Assembly: GCA_041737295.1 (NCBI GenBank)
Contig: JBGSSA010000030.1
Span: forward strand, 24,193 to 88,192
Direction of reading: 5' to 3'
Source of the DNA: Bacteroidales bacterium
GTDB lineage: Bacteria; Bacteroidota; Bacteroidia; Bacteroidales; UBA10428
DNA length: 64,000 bases
This document shows, piece by piece, positions 38,779 to 48,700 of this stretch. The position numbers were made by a program, and so were the translations under genes. A model generated the notes under the pieces. It was not told the DNA's origin. It was given only the letters and a program-made list of their open reading frames with translations, and did not search any database. Numbering within the stretch: position 1 is the first letter of the stretch; each line of letters begins with the position of its first letter.

Positions 38779-40239
38779 ATGAAATTTGAACACGACATAT
38801 TTATCAGTTACGCCCCTGCGGCAGGATCGGAGAACAATGCCGTATCGGAATGGTCGTTGAAATTTTGTGATTACCTGGGAGCCCTGATGACCAGGCTATT
38901 TGATAAAAAGCCTGTGATCATGCTCCACGATGACCTAAGGATGAGGCAATCCATGCTCGGGGAAAGTTACCAGGGTATAATTTCGGGAACCGCCGTGATC
39001 GTGGTCATTCTCTCCCCCGACTATATTCAATCCACCACCTATATGAAGGAGCTGGAGGATATTTTCAGTACCCTGCATAAACACGAATCGGAAACAGGTA
39101 TCCGGCACCGCATATTCAAAGTGATCAAGCAGCCTGTCACCCAGGAGGAACAGCCTTCATTTCTGAAAAAAGAACTGAATTACAATTTCTTTGAGATCAA
39201 CCGGTATAATAAAAAGCCCATAACTTATGATCTGAGCGGAAAGAATGAACCCGATCCGAAATTCTGGTCGAAACTGGTTGATTTAGCCTATGATATTGCC
39301 GATGCAGTATCCGATCTTTCAGGTGACAAGGCGGATAATATTCCGGGAAAGGAACGTCCCGGTGTATTTCTGGCAGAAACAAGTTTTGACCAGGTTGAAA
39401 ACAGGGACATGCTGAAACGTGAATTGCAACACCTCGGTTTCCGTGTACTTCCCTTTACCCAGATTCCGGATGATGCCGAGAAAGCCCGTGCCGCTATTGA
39501 ATGCAGCCTCGATCAGTCCATTATGGCTATTCATTTGCTGGGTGCCTGGTATGGAGATTTCATCAAAAATTCGAAATATTCCTTTATTGATTTCCAGATA
39601 AAAACTGTCAAGGATTATCTGACTATACGAAAAGATCCCTCTGCTTTCAACCAGCTGATATGGATACCTAATGATATCAAACCCACAGATCAGCGGCAGG
39701 CGCTTTACCTGAAGAGGCTTAAAAGAGACGAGGCCCAGTATAGTACAGAAATTATCGAGACCCCGTTCGAGGTATTTAAAACAATCCTCAACGCCCGGCT
39801 GAGCGAACTTACGAATCCCACAATTGTTCCCCGGGCAGAAAAAAACAAGTTGTATGTGATCTATGAAAAAGAAAGCAAGGATATCATTGCAGAATACCTG
39901 CAGCAGATCCGGGCGAAAGGTTTTGAAATCATGGAATCACACGGGGATAACGGAAATTACTATCCCCTTACAAAGCATATCAATAACATGCTCATCGCCG
40001 ATGCAGTGCTTATATATAAAGGTGATTGTCCGATGGATTGGCTGAACAGCAAAATACGGGACCTTGTAAAGGCACCCGGATATGGAAAAAGCAAACCATT
40101 CAGGGCAATAGAGATCATTTCAAAACAGAAAACTGCTGATAAGTCATTGTTGTTTTTAAATAATGTTCCCGTTATATGGGATGACGAAATGAATACCGAA
40201 GTGATTACTCATTTTTTAGATCATTTGGCAAAGAAATGA
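38779..40239 (+). CDS. TIR-domain protein with additional TIR-like/flavodoxin-fold modules
   Basis: HDIFISYA; VILSPDYIQSTTYMKEL; second module VFLAE...ELQHLGFRVLP; third module LYVIY...GFEI...ADAVLIY. Confidence 0.78.
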   Translation: MKFEHDIFISYAPAAGSENNAVSEWSLKFCDYLGALMTRLFDKKPVIMLHDDLRMRQSMLGESYQGIISGTAVIVVILSPDYIQSTTYMKELEDIFSTLHKHESETGIRHRIFKVIKQPVTQEEQPSFLKKELNYNFFEINRYNKKPITYDLSGKNEPDPKFWSKLVDLAYDIADAVSDLSGDKADNIPGKERPGVFLAETSFDQVENRDMLKRELQHLGFRVLPFTQIPDDAEKARAAIECSLDQSIMAIHLLGAWYGDFIKNSKYSFIDFQIKTVKDYLTIRKDPSAFNQLIWIPNDIKPTDQRQALYLKRLKRDEAQYSTEIIETPFEVFKTILNARLSELTNPTIVPRAEKNKLYVIYEKESKDIIAEYLQQIRAKGFEIMESHGDNGNYYPLTKHINNMLIADAVLIYKGDCPMDWLNSKIRDLVKAPGYGKSKPFRAIEIISKQKTADKSLLFLNNVPVIWDDEMNTEVITHFLDHLAKK

Positions 40240-43200
40240 CCGAAAATCCTCCCCGGCATATTAAAAAGAGCACCCTTACCCTGGCAAATCCGTTCCCCGG
40301 ATTGCGCCCTTTCAGTGTGGAAGAAAGTCACCTGTTTTTCGGGCGTGAGGGGCAATGTGAAACGGTCCTCAGATATCTTACCCGTAATCGGTTCGCTGCT
40401 GTAACAGGGGCTTCGGGAAGCGGAAAATCCTCCCTCATTTATTGCGGACTTATCCCTGCATTATACGGTGGATTTATTACAGAAGCCGGATCGAAATGGA
40501 GGATTATCGCCACAAGGCCCGGTAACAGTCCTGTCGAAAACCTGGCGGAAGCCATTGCCGTCAGTGAAAAAAATGGTACCACATCCGAGGAACTGTCGTT
40601 AAACAAGCAGATCCTGTATACAATATTAAGGCGGAGCTCTTTCGGGCTTGTAAACGCTGTAAAACAAACCCGGCTTGCCGAGGGCGAAAATATACTGCTG
40701 ATCCTTGACCAGTTTGAGGAACTGTTCCGGTATAAGGAAAGCCGGAAAGACAGCACTGTATTCAATGAAACGGAAGCATATATCAAACTGCTTGTCAATG
40801 CTTTGAAACAAACCGATCAGCCCATTTACGTGGTGCTTACCATGCGCTCCGATTTTATAGGTGAATGTTCACAGTTCCAGGAACTCACCCGGCTGATCAA
40901 CAAGAGCAATTTCCTGATCCCCCAGATGACCAGGGATGATTTTAAGGATGCCATCATGGGTCCCCTTGCGGTAGGAGGTGCCAATATAGATCCCCAATTG
41001 CTGCAGCATCTGCTGAATGCTATTGAAGATAAGAATGACCAGCTTCCGGTATTGCAGCATGTAATGATGCGGACCTGGGAATTCTGGACCCGTAACAATG
41101 AAAACGGCATTCCTTTGCGGACAAGGGACTACGAGGCAGCCGGCAAGATTGAGAATGCCCTGTCGATGCATGCCAACGAGGCTTTTGATGAACTTACCGA
41201 CGAGGGCAAGGCCATTTGCCGCGCCATGTTCAAATGCCTCACAGAAAAAGGGACCGATAATAAGGGAACCCGCCATCCGGCCACTATAAAACATATTGCT
41301 GAGATTGCACAGGCACCTGACCAGATGGTGATTGATGTGGTGAGCAAGTTCAGGGCAAAGGGCCGTTCATTTCTGACACCCGGGGAAGGAATTCCAATCG
41401 ACAGCGATACAATTATTGATATTTCCCATGAAAGCCTTATGCGAATATGGGACAGGCTGAGATTGTGGGTGGACGAAGAATTTTCATCCGTGCAGATGTA
41501 CCTGCGCCTGGCAGAAGCTGCTTCGCAATACCAGGTAGGAAAAACCGGATTATGGAGGCCGCCTGACCTGCAGTTGGCCCTTAACTGGAAAAAAACGCAG
41601 CAGCCCTCGCTGGCATGGGCTAAAAAGTACAACCCGGCCTTTGAAAAGGTTATGGTATTTCTTGATGCCAGTGAAAAAAAATACCTGCAGGAAGAACAGA
41701 ACAAGGTGCGGCTTCAGCGCATGGAACTTAACCGTACCCGCAAATTTGCAGTAGCCATGCTTTCTGCAGCCGTTGCTTTCCTGTTTATCTCGGTATGGGG
41801 CTTCCAGCAGCGTGGTGAAGCCATGAAAAAGGCAAAGGAAGCGGACAATTCACGGGCAGAAGCAGAATTCCGTAAAAAGGAATCCGACAGTTTACGGACA
41901 GTTGCAGAGGGAAAAGCCGACAGGGCTGACGTAGAGCGTATGCTTGCACAAATTGATGCCGATTCAGCCGAAAAAAACAGGGTAGTGGCCTTGTTCAAGT
42001 CCCAGATTTCTGAGCAACAGAAATTGCTGGCTATTCAGCAGGCCGCGGAGGCAACTAAAAAAAGTGAGACCTTCAAAAAAGAAAAGGAAGAATCACAAAA
42101 GACTGCTGAAAAAGCCATTGAGGAGCAGAATGTGACGGAAAAAGAAAAGAACCTGGAGTTTACCAAACGCATTCTGGCCATTGCCCAGACTATGGCAGGC
42201 AAAGCCTCTCAGGTGGAGGATAAAAACCTGAAAGGATTGCTGGCCTACCAGGCTTATCTCTTTAATCGTGATTATGATGGACAGGTTGACCAGCCGGATA
42301 TTTTTAATGCATTGTATAATGCCCTTACCGGTTTCAACGGCGACAAATTCAATGGCTTACAGGGGCACGAGGGCGCTGTGAGATCACTGGCATTCCTGCC
42401 CGGTACCAGTGCGTTCTTCAGCTCAGGTGGCGATGGAAAGATCCTGCGCTGGGATCTGAATGGCAATACCAAATCATACCGCACACTCATCGACAACAAC
42501 TTTATTAACCGGAGCCTGTCGGTCAGTCCAAATGGCCGTTGGCTTGCATGCGGAACCACCACTTCCGGAATACAACTTTTTAACCTGAATGCCCAAAATA
42601 GTCCGCCTTCTATATTGCAGGGACATAAGGGCTGGGTGGAGTCTCTCATTTTTACACCGGACAGCAAGGGATTGTTTTCCGCGAGTACCGACAAAAGCAT
42701 TATTTACTGGGACCTGATTTCAGGGACGAATACAGTATTTCTCTCCATGGAAAGCACAAGGGTAAGATGTCTTGCTGTTGCCCCTGCCGGTCGCTTTATG
42801 TATGGCGGTACCGATGACGGTCAGCTCATAAGATGGAATCTGGATACGAAAGAAGCCACCGTTGTATTCAGATCAGAGAATAATTCAATATATGCCGTAT
42901 CTATTAATTCAAGCGGCTCCCGAATTGCATTCGTGGATAAAAACGGGGCTCTTCGAGTTGCCGACACAAGAACAAACGGAATTCTGAAAGTTGTTCCCGC
43001 TCATTCCGCCCGCAGCCTCGATGTGAAATTCAGTCCGGATGACCGCCAGATCGCTACTACAAGCATGGACAAAACAGTAAAAATATGGGATGCCAATAAC
43101 CTGGGAAACAAACCCATTGTCATATCGAAACATAATGCCTGGGTCCTGTCCATTGCCTTCAGCCCGGACGGCAAATACCTGGTGTCTTCAAGTGAGGATG

Positions 43201-43346
43201 GCGATTACATTTATTACTGGCTTGCCCATTCCTCTCTCATGGCAGAGCAGATGTGCGGCAAACTGGGACGCAATTTTTCCCAGCGGGAGTGGGAGACTTA
43301 TATCAGTTACGATATTCCCTATCAAAAAACCTGTGCAAATAAATAA
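40236..43346 (+). CDS. nSTAND1 NTPase - TM helix - coiled coil - WD40 propeller (Hat/HatR-like)
   Basis: NPFPGLRPF, FFGRE, GASGSGKSS, LDQFEE, MRSDF, LPVLQH, SHESL; TM FAVAMLSAAVAFLFISVWGF; about 7 GH...WD repeats. Confidence 0.9.
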   Translation: MTENPPRHIKKSTLTLANPFPGLRPFSVEESHLFFGREGQCETVLRYLTRNRFAAVTGASGSGKSSLIYCGLIPALYGGFITEAGSKWRIIATRPGNSPVENLAEAIAVSEKNGTTSEELSLNKQILYTILRRSSFGLVNAVKQTRLAEGENILLILDQFEELFRYKESRKDSTVFNETEAYIKLLVNALKQTDQPIYVVLTMRSDFIGECSQFQELTRLINKSNFLIPQMTRDDFKDAIMGPLAVGGANIDPQLLQHLLNAIEDKNDQLPVLQHVMMRTWEFWTRNNENGIPLRTRDYEAAGKIENALSMHANEAFDELTDEGKAICRAMFKCLTEKGTDNKGTRHPATIKHIAEIAQAPDQMVIDVVSKFRAKGRSFLTPGEGIPIDSDTIIDISHESLMRIWDRLRLWVDEEFSSVQMYLRLAEAASQYQVGKTGLWRPPDLQLALNWKKTQQPSLAWAKKYNPAFEKVMVFLDASEKKYLQEEQNKVRLQRMELNRTRKFAVAMLSAAVAFLFISVWGFQQRGEAMKKAKEADNSRAEAEFRKKESDSLRTVAEGKADRADVERMLAQIDADSAEKNRVVALFKSQISEQQKLLAIQQAAEATKKSETFKKEKEESQKTAEKAIEEQNVTEKEKNLEFTKRILAIAQTMAGKASQVEDKNLKGLLAYQAYLFNRDYDGQVDQPDIFNALYNALTGFNGDKFNGLQGHEGAVRSLAFLPGTSAFFSSGGDGKILRWDLNGNTKSYRTLIDNNFINRSLSVSPNGRWLACGTTTSGIQLFNLNAQNSPPSILQGHKGWVESLIFTPDSKGLFSASTDKSIIYWDLISGTNTVFLSMESTRVRCLAVAPAGRFMYGGTDDGQLIRWNLDTKEATVVFRSENNSIYAVSINSSGSRIAFVDKNGALRVADTRTNGILKVVPAHSARSLDVKFSPDDRQIATTSMDKTVKIWDANNLGNKPIVISKHNAWVLSIAFSPDGKYLVSSSEDGDYIYYWLAHSSLMAEQMCGKLGRNFSQREWETYISYDIPYQKTCANK

Positions 43347-43352
43347 TCTAGA

Positions 43353-44426
43353 ATGCCCTCCAGTGTAACCCTCAACCCCCGGTATTGGCTGATCAGCTTA
43401 ATGCTGATACTGATCGTTTTCAGCCCGGATGTACTGGCTCAGAATGATTGCAGTACAAAGATCCAGGATGCCCGTAAATTATATGATCAGGGAATGATCG
43501 AGGAAATACCCCAAATGCTGGCTGCCTGCATGCAGGACGGGTTTACACGCCCACAGGTAATTGAAGCTTATAAACTTATTATACTTTCGTATCTGTTTGA
43601 TGACAACCAGTTTGAAGCAGAAAAAACCATGGTTGAATTCCTGAAAAAATTCCCGGAGTATGAAATTATGCCAAATGACCCGGTGGAATTTGTCTACCTG
43701 TTCGAATCATACCGCACAACTTCGATATTCTCGTTTGGATTCACGGCCGGCTTTAATGTTACTGACCCCCGGATTATTGAATCCTACAGCGTTTATGACA
43801 ACCGGGGTGTTTCGCTGAAAAATTCAATGAAGCCCGGTTTCCAGGTTGGAGTTGGTGTTGGCCGGTACATCAGCCGGAAAATGTTCATTAACCTGGAACT
43901 CAAATTCTCAGAAAACAGGTATGGGTTTAAAGAAGAATTAATTACAACTTTACCCGGCTTAAACGGGATCTCCTCAGTCACATACTCCGAAAAATTATAC
44001 AAGTTGATCCTGCCTATTACCGTTTCCTATGAGTTTAGTGCCAAAAAATTCCACTATTTTCTACGCGGAGGTTTTTCGGTTGCCAGCATCACCGGGGTTA
44101 CCGGAAACGCCACACGCCAGTTTACAGAGGAGATTCCCCCTGTACCGGGTGAAACTACGGATATTGCCAGGTTCAGGAATAATATTATGTATGCCGGAGT
44201 TGTGGGGTCGGGCATCCGGTATAAAGTCCCGCATGGAGTTTTAACCGCGGAGATCAGGGCCAGCATAGGTATAAATAGTATAGTCAGATCCGACAGACGG
44301 TTTGAAAACATGCAGCAGATCATGAAATCCTATCAGCTGGATGATAATTTTGCGATTAATACCTTTTCTTTTTCCGCAGGATATTATTTTTCCTTTTATA
44401 AGCCCAAGAAACAAGTCGATATATGA
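43353..44426 (+). CDS. Outer-membrane beta-barrel (PorT-like) with N-terminal TPR-like helical domain
   Basis: Signal VLA|Q; helical ARKLYDQG...EAYKL...; amphipathic strands ending FSFSAGYYF. Confidence 0.72.
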   Translation: MPSSVTLNPRYWLISLMLILIVFSPDVLAQNDCSTKIQDARKLYDQGMIEEIPQMLAACMQDGFTRPQVIEAYKLIILSYLFDDNQFEAEKTMVEFLKKFPEYEIMPNDPVEFVYLFESYRTTSIFSFGFTAGFNVTDPRIIESYSVYDNRGVSLKNSMKPGFQVGVGVGRYISRKMFINLELKFSENRYGFKEELITTLPGLNGISSVTYSEKLYKLILPITVSYEFSAKKFHYFLRGGFSVASITGVTGNATRQFTEEIPPVPGETTDIARFRNNIMYAGVVGSGIRYKVPHGVLTAEIRASIGINSIVRSDRRFENMQQIMKSYQLDDNFAINTFSFSAGYYFSFYKPKKQVDI

Positions 44427-45604
44427 GCCGTAGCATTATTATTTCCATATGGCTGGTATTGCTGGCCTCCTGTGATAAAATGGATATTTCACCTGTACAG
44501 TCCGAATCCTTTATCAAGTTTTACAATACGTTTCCCGTCTTTACAGGTTCCGATGTAAAAGAAATACCGGGTAAGGGATATGTTATCCTGGGTACAGTGA
44601 CATCCATTACTGAAGGGAATCTGATTTGCCTTATTCGTACCGACCTGTATGGAAATTCAGTGGACTCGGCAAGATATTACGGAGGACAATTTGATCAGGA
44701 AGCTTGTCGAATTGAAGTCCTGAGCGATAAGGGATTTGCCATCCTGGGTAAAACTGTAGATGAAAATAATAAAAAAGCTGCCTATTTTATCAGGACCGAC
44801 AGTGTTGGTAATGTGCTGTTTGAGAGTATTATCAGTGGGACGTATGACATTGTGCCTAAAAACATGAAGGTAAATTCGTCCGGCTCGTTTTTTTTAGTGG
44901 GATACGGACTGTCTACAAGGGGAGGTGCGGCATTGAACAAGGATATTTGGCTCTATGCGCTTAATCAGCAAGGCCAGGCTCTTTGGCCGCAGCGATATCT
45001 GGGTCTGCCTTTTGATGATGAGGGCAATGACCTGGCGTTACTACCCGATGGAAGGATGGTCATAACCGGATCCACTTATAATTCTCAAAACGTAAAACAT
45101 GCGTTTATTATGAGGACAGGAACTCTTGGTCTCGGAGGGAGCCTGTTTTCGCTTGATTCCCCTGTAAATGAAGAAGCGACCTGTATTCAAAGTATAGATG
45201 AGAATACCTTTATTTTAGGCGGTACCACCCATACCTCCACTTCAACAAGCAACATCATGATGAAAAAGGTAATTTATACATCTACGGGTGTGCAATTCGA
45301 GTTCGATAAGAAATATGGTGATGGAACCGATGCAGGGGTTTCCCTGATCCTGGATGAGAATAATCTGCGTATGCTTGCAACAACATCTTCCACAGGTATC
45401 AATACAACCATCTCACTGATTACAACTGATTTGGAAGGAAATGGTGCAGTTTATTCCGAAATCGGTGAAGGTACACAACTGAGCGCTTCCTCATTTCAGA
45501 AAACAACTGATACTGGATTTATTATTGCCGGCACTAACAAGCATTCGGAGAATGATCAGTCAATGGCTCTTATCAAGCTAAAACCCAACGCCACTCTCTG
45601 GTAG
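44423..45604 (+). CDS. Lipoprotein, probable beta-propeller
   Basis: Lipobox LLASC; repeated GY.I.G...LIRTD..GN blades. Confidence 0.72.
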   Translation: MSRSIIISIWLVLLASCDKMDISPVQSESFIKFYNTFPVFTGSDVKEIPGKGYVILGTVTSITEGNLICLIRTDLYGNSVDSARYYGGQFDQEACRIEVLSDKGFAILGKTVDENNKKAAYFIRTDSVGNVLFESIISGTYDIVPKNMKVNSSGSFFLVGYGLSTRGGAALNKDIWLYALNQQGQALWPQRYLGLPFDDEGNDLALLPDGRMVITGSTYNSQNVKHAFIMRTGTLGLGGSLFSLDSPVNEEATCIQSIDENTFILGGTTHTSTSTSNIMMKKVIYTSTGVQFEFDKKYGDGTDAGVSLILDENNLRMLATTSSTGINTTISLITTDLEGNGAVYSEIGEGTQLSASSFQKTTDTGFIIAGTNKHSENDQSMALIKLKPNATLW

Positions 45605-45684
45605 AATTTTAAGATCAACACATAATTCCGTTCTCCCGAACCCCATTTAGTGCGGTTTATCAAATTATCGGCATATATTACCGG

Positions 45685-45700
45685 TAAATTTGTATTTTTG
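45685..45700 (+). promoter_or_regulatory. -7 promoter element(s) upstream of the giant surface protein
   Basis: Adjacent TAAATTTG and TATTTTTG. Confidence 0.5.
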
Positions 45701-45766
45701 TAGCTATTGTGGGAAACAGCCTTCAACCCCAACCTGTGAACACGTTTATTATCTAAAAATTCCATT

Positions 45767-48700
45767 ATGAAAACCGGTACCCTGGTGAATCGTTTTGTCC
45801 TTTCTCTCATTTGTTTTTCGCTTATTACTCATTTTAACGGAGCTACCGGACAAACTTTACCCGTAACTGATATACCTGACCAGACCATTGATCGGGGCCA
45901 GTCATTTTCGACAATCAGCCTTGATGATTACATAGATGTTCGCCCAAATGAACGCCATAACATTGAATGGACGACATCAGGGGAAAATCAGCTTTCAGTT
46001 AATATTGACAATGACAGAAACGCCAGTGTGGTGCCCCTTTCAGAGACATGGACAGGTTCAGAGACTATCACTTTCCATGCAATGGACACCGACCTGAATA
46101 CCGGTAGTGATGCCGCCATGTTCACTATTCTGCAGGCAGTGAACGCTGCCCCGGTCGTAATCGATATTCCCGACCAGCAATACGAAGAAGGTGAAGGATT
46201 TCAAGCTTTTAACCTCGATAACTATGTTACAGACCCTGATCATAGTGCTGCAGAATTAACCTGGAGTACTTCGGGCAATTCAGCGCTCTCGGTAAATATA
46301 GACCCGGATACCCATACAGCCATAATTGATGTGCCCAATGCCGACTGGAACGGTTCTGAAACAATCGTATTTAAAGCTACCGACCCTGAATCCGAATCTT
46401 CGGAGGACCAGGCAACCTTTTCCCTTACACCGGTCAATGATGCACCGGTCATGAGTGATATTCCCGGCGAGACAATAAATTCTGATGAGCTGTTCAATAC
46501 AATCGCGCTGGATGATTATGTATCCGACGTGGACAATTTAAATTCGGAATTATCATGGACAATTACGGGCAATACCGACCTGATGCCGTCTGTGGATGAA
46601 TCCCGCATAGCCTCGATTAATATGCCTTCAAACTGGAGCGGTTCTGAAGTACTTACCTTTGAGGTTAAAGATCCCTCCAATTCCGGCGATTCTGATGATG
46701 CAACATTTGAGGCTATGGCCATCAATGCTGCTCCTGTAGCTGTCGACGACAATTATGCAACTACCCAGGGAGCTACCCTGAATATTGCTGCACCCGGGGT
46801 ATTGTCGAATGATACGGATCTGGACCTTGATCCCCTCACTGCCATAAAAGTGACCGATCCCTCACACGGCACCGTGACGCTAAACAGCGATGGATCCTTC
46901 AGTTATGCACACGACGGTACCGCTTCCACAACCGATGCCTTTACCTACAAGGCAAGCGATGGTACAACCGAAAGCAATGTTGTAACGGTGACCATAGACA
47001 TCACCCTGGTTAATGTTCCCCCGGTGCTGGGAGGAATTGAAGGATCAGCGCTTGACTATACCGAAGGAGACGGACCCGTAAGCGTCACCGGCTCTATTAT
47101 AATAACCGATGCCGACAATGCGAACCTGGCTTCCGCAGTGATTACCATTTCTGGAAATTACCAGAACGGTGAGGATGTGCTGTCATTCACGAATGCCAAC
47201 GGCATATCCGGTTCATGGAATTCCACTTCCGGCCAGATGACGCTCACCGGAAACGCATCTGTGGCCGATTACAGGTCGGCCCTGAGGGCAGTCAGATATA
47301 CAAACAGCAGCGCTACCCCGAGCACCCTGACCCGCACGGTCACCTTCAGGGTGAATGACGGGACCGACAACAGCAATACCCAAAGCCGCAACATAAGTGT
47401 GACCGCTTTAAACAGTGCGCCCGTACTGGCGGCTATTGAAGGCAGCACGCTTGCCTTCACCGAAGGGGACGGACCCGTGAACGTCACCGCCACAATTACG
47501 GTAACGGATGCAGACAATACAAACCTGGCATCCGCAGTGATCACCATTTCTAACAATTATCAAAACGGTGAGGATGTGCTGTCCTTTACAAATACCGCAA
47601 GTATTACCGGTTCATGGAATTCCACTTCCGGCCAGATGACGCTCATGGGAAGCGCATCTGTGGCTGATTACAGGTCAGCCCTGAGGGCGGTAAGATATAC
47701 CAACAACAGCGCTACACCGAGCAACCTGACTCGTACGGTCACCTTCAGGGTGAATGACGGAACAGATAACAGCAACACCCTTAGCCGCAACATCAGTGTG
47801 ACCGCTTTAAACAGTGCGCCCGTACTGGCGGCTATTGAAGGCAGCACGCTTGCCTTCACCGAAGGTGACGGACCCGTGAACGTCACCGCCACAATTACGG
47901 TAACGGATGCAGACAATACAAACCTGGCATCCGCTGTGATCACCATTTCTGGCAATTATCAAAACGGTGAGGATGTGCTGTCCTTTACAAATACCGCAAG
48001 TATTACCGGTTCATGGAATTCCTCAACCGGCCAGCTTACCCTCAGCGGAAATACATCCCTGTTAAATTACAGAAACGCCCTCCGCGCAGTAACATACACC
48101 AACAGCAGTGCTACGCCTAGTACCCTGACCCGGACGATCTCCTTCAGGGTGAATGATGGAACCGACAACAGCAATACCCAGACCAGGAACATCAGTGTAG
48201 CCGGTTCAAACACCGCGCCCGTACTGGCAGCTATTGAAAGCAATACGCTTGGCTACACGGAAGGAGACGGACCTGTGAACATCACCGGCTCAATTACAGT
48301 AACGGATGTTGACAATACCAACATGGCATCCGCAGTGATTACCATTTCTTCCAATTATCAAAACGGTGAGGATGTGCTGTCGTTCACAAATACCGCCAGT
48401 ATTACCGGTTCATGGAATTCCTCAACCGGCCAGCTTACCCTTTCAGGAAGTGCAAGCATTGCCGCTTATCGAACTGCCCTGCGGGCGGTTCGCTATACCA
48501 ACAACAGCGCCACCCCGAGCAACCTGACCCGTACGGTCACATTCAGGGTGAACGATGGAACCGACAACAGCAATACCCAGACCAGGAACATTAGTGTGAA
48601 CGCGTTTAACAGCGTACCGGTACTTGGCAGCATCGAAACATCCGCTCTGTCTTACACAGAGGGAGCCGGGCCGGTCAACATCACGGCAACCTTAACGGCA

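Noticed and set aside
38779..43346. Labelling the TIR/STAND pair as Thoeris or Avs
   Set aside because: No ThsA-like SIR2/Macro partner; the STAND has a TM helix and WD40 rather than a fused effector with a TPR sensor; a defence role is unproven
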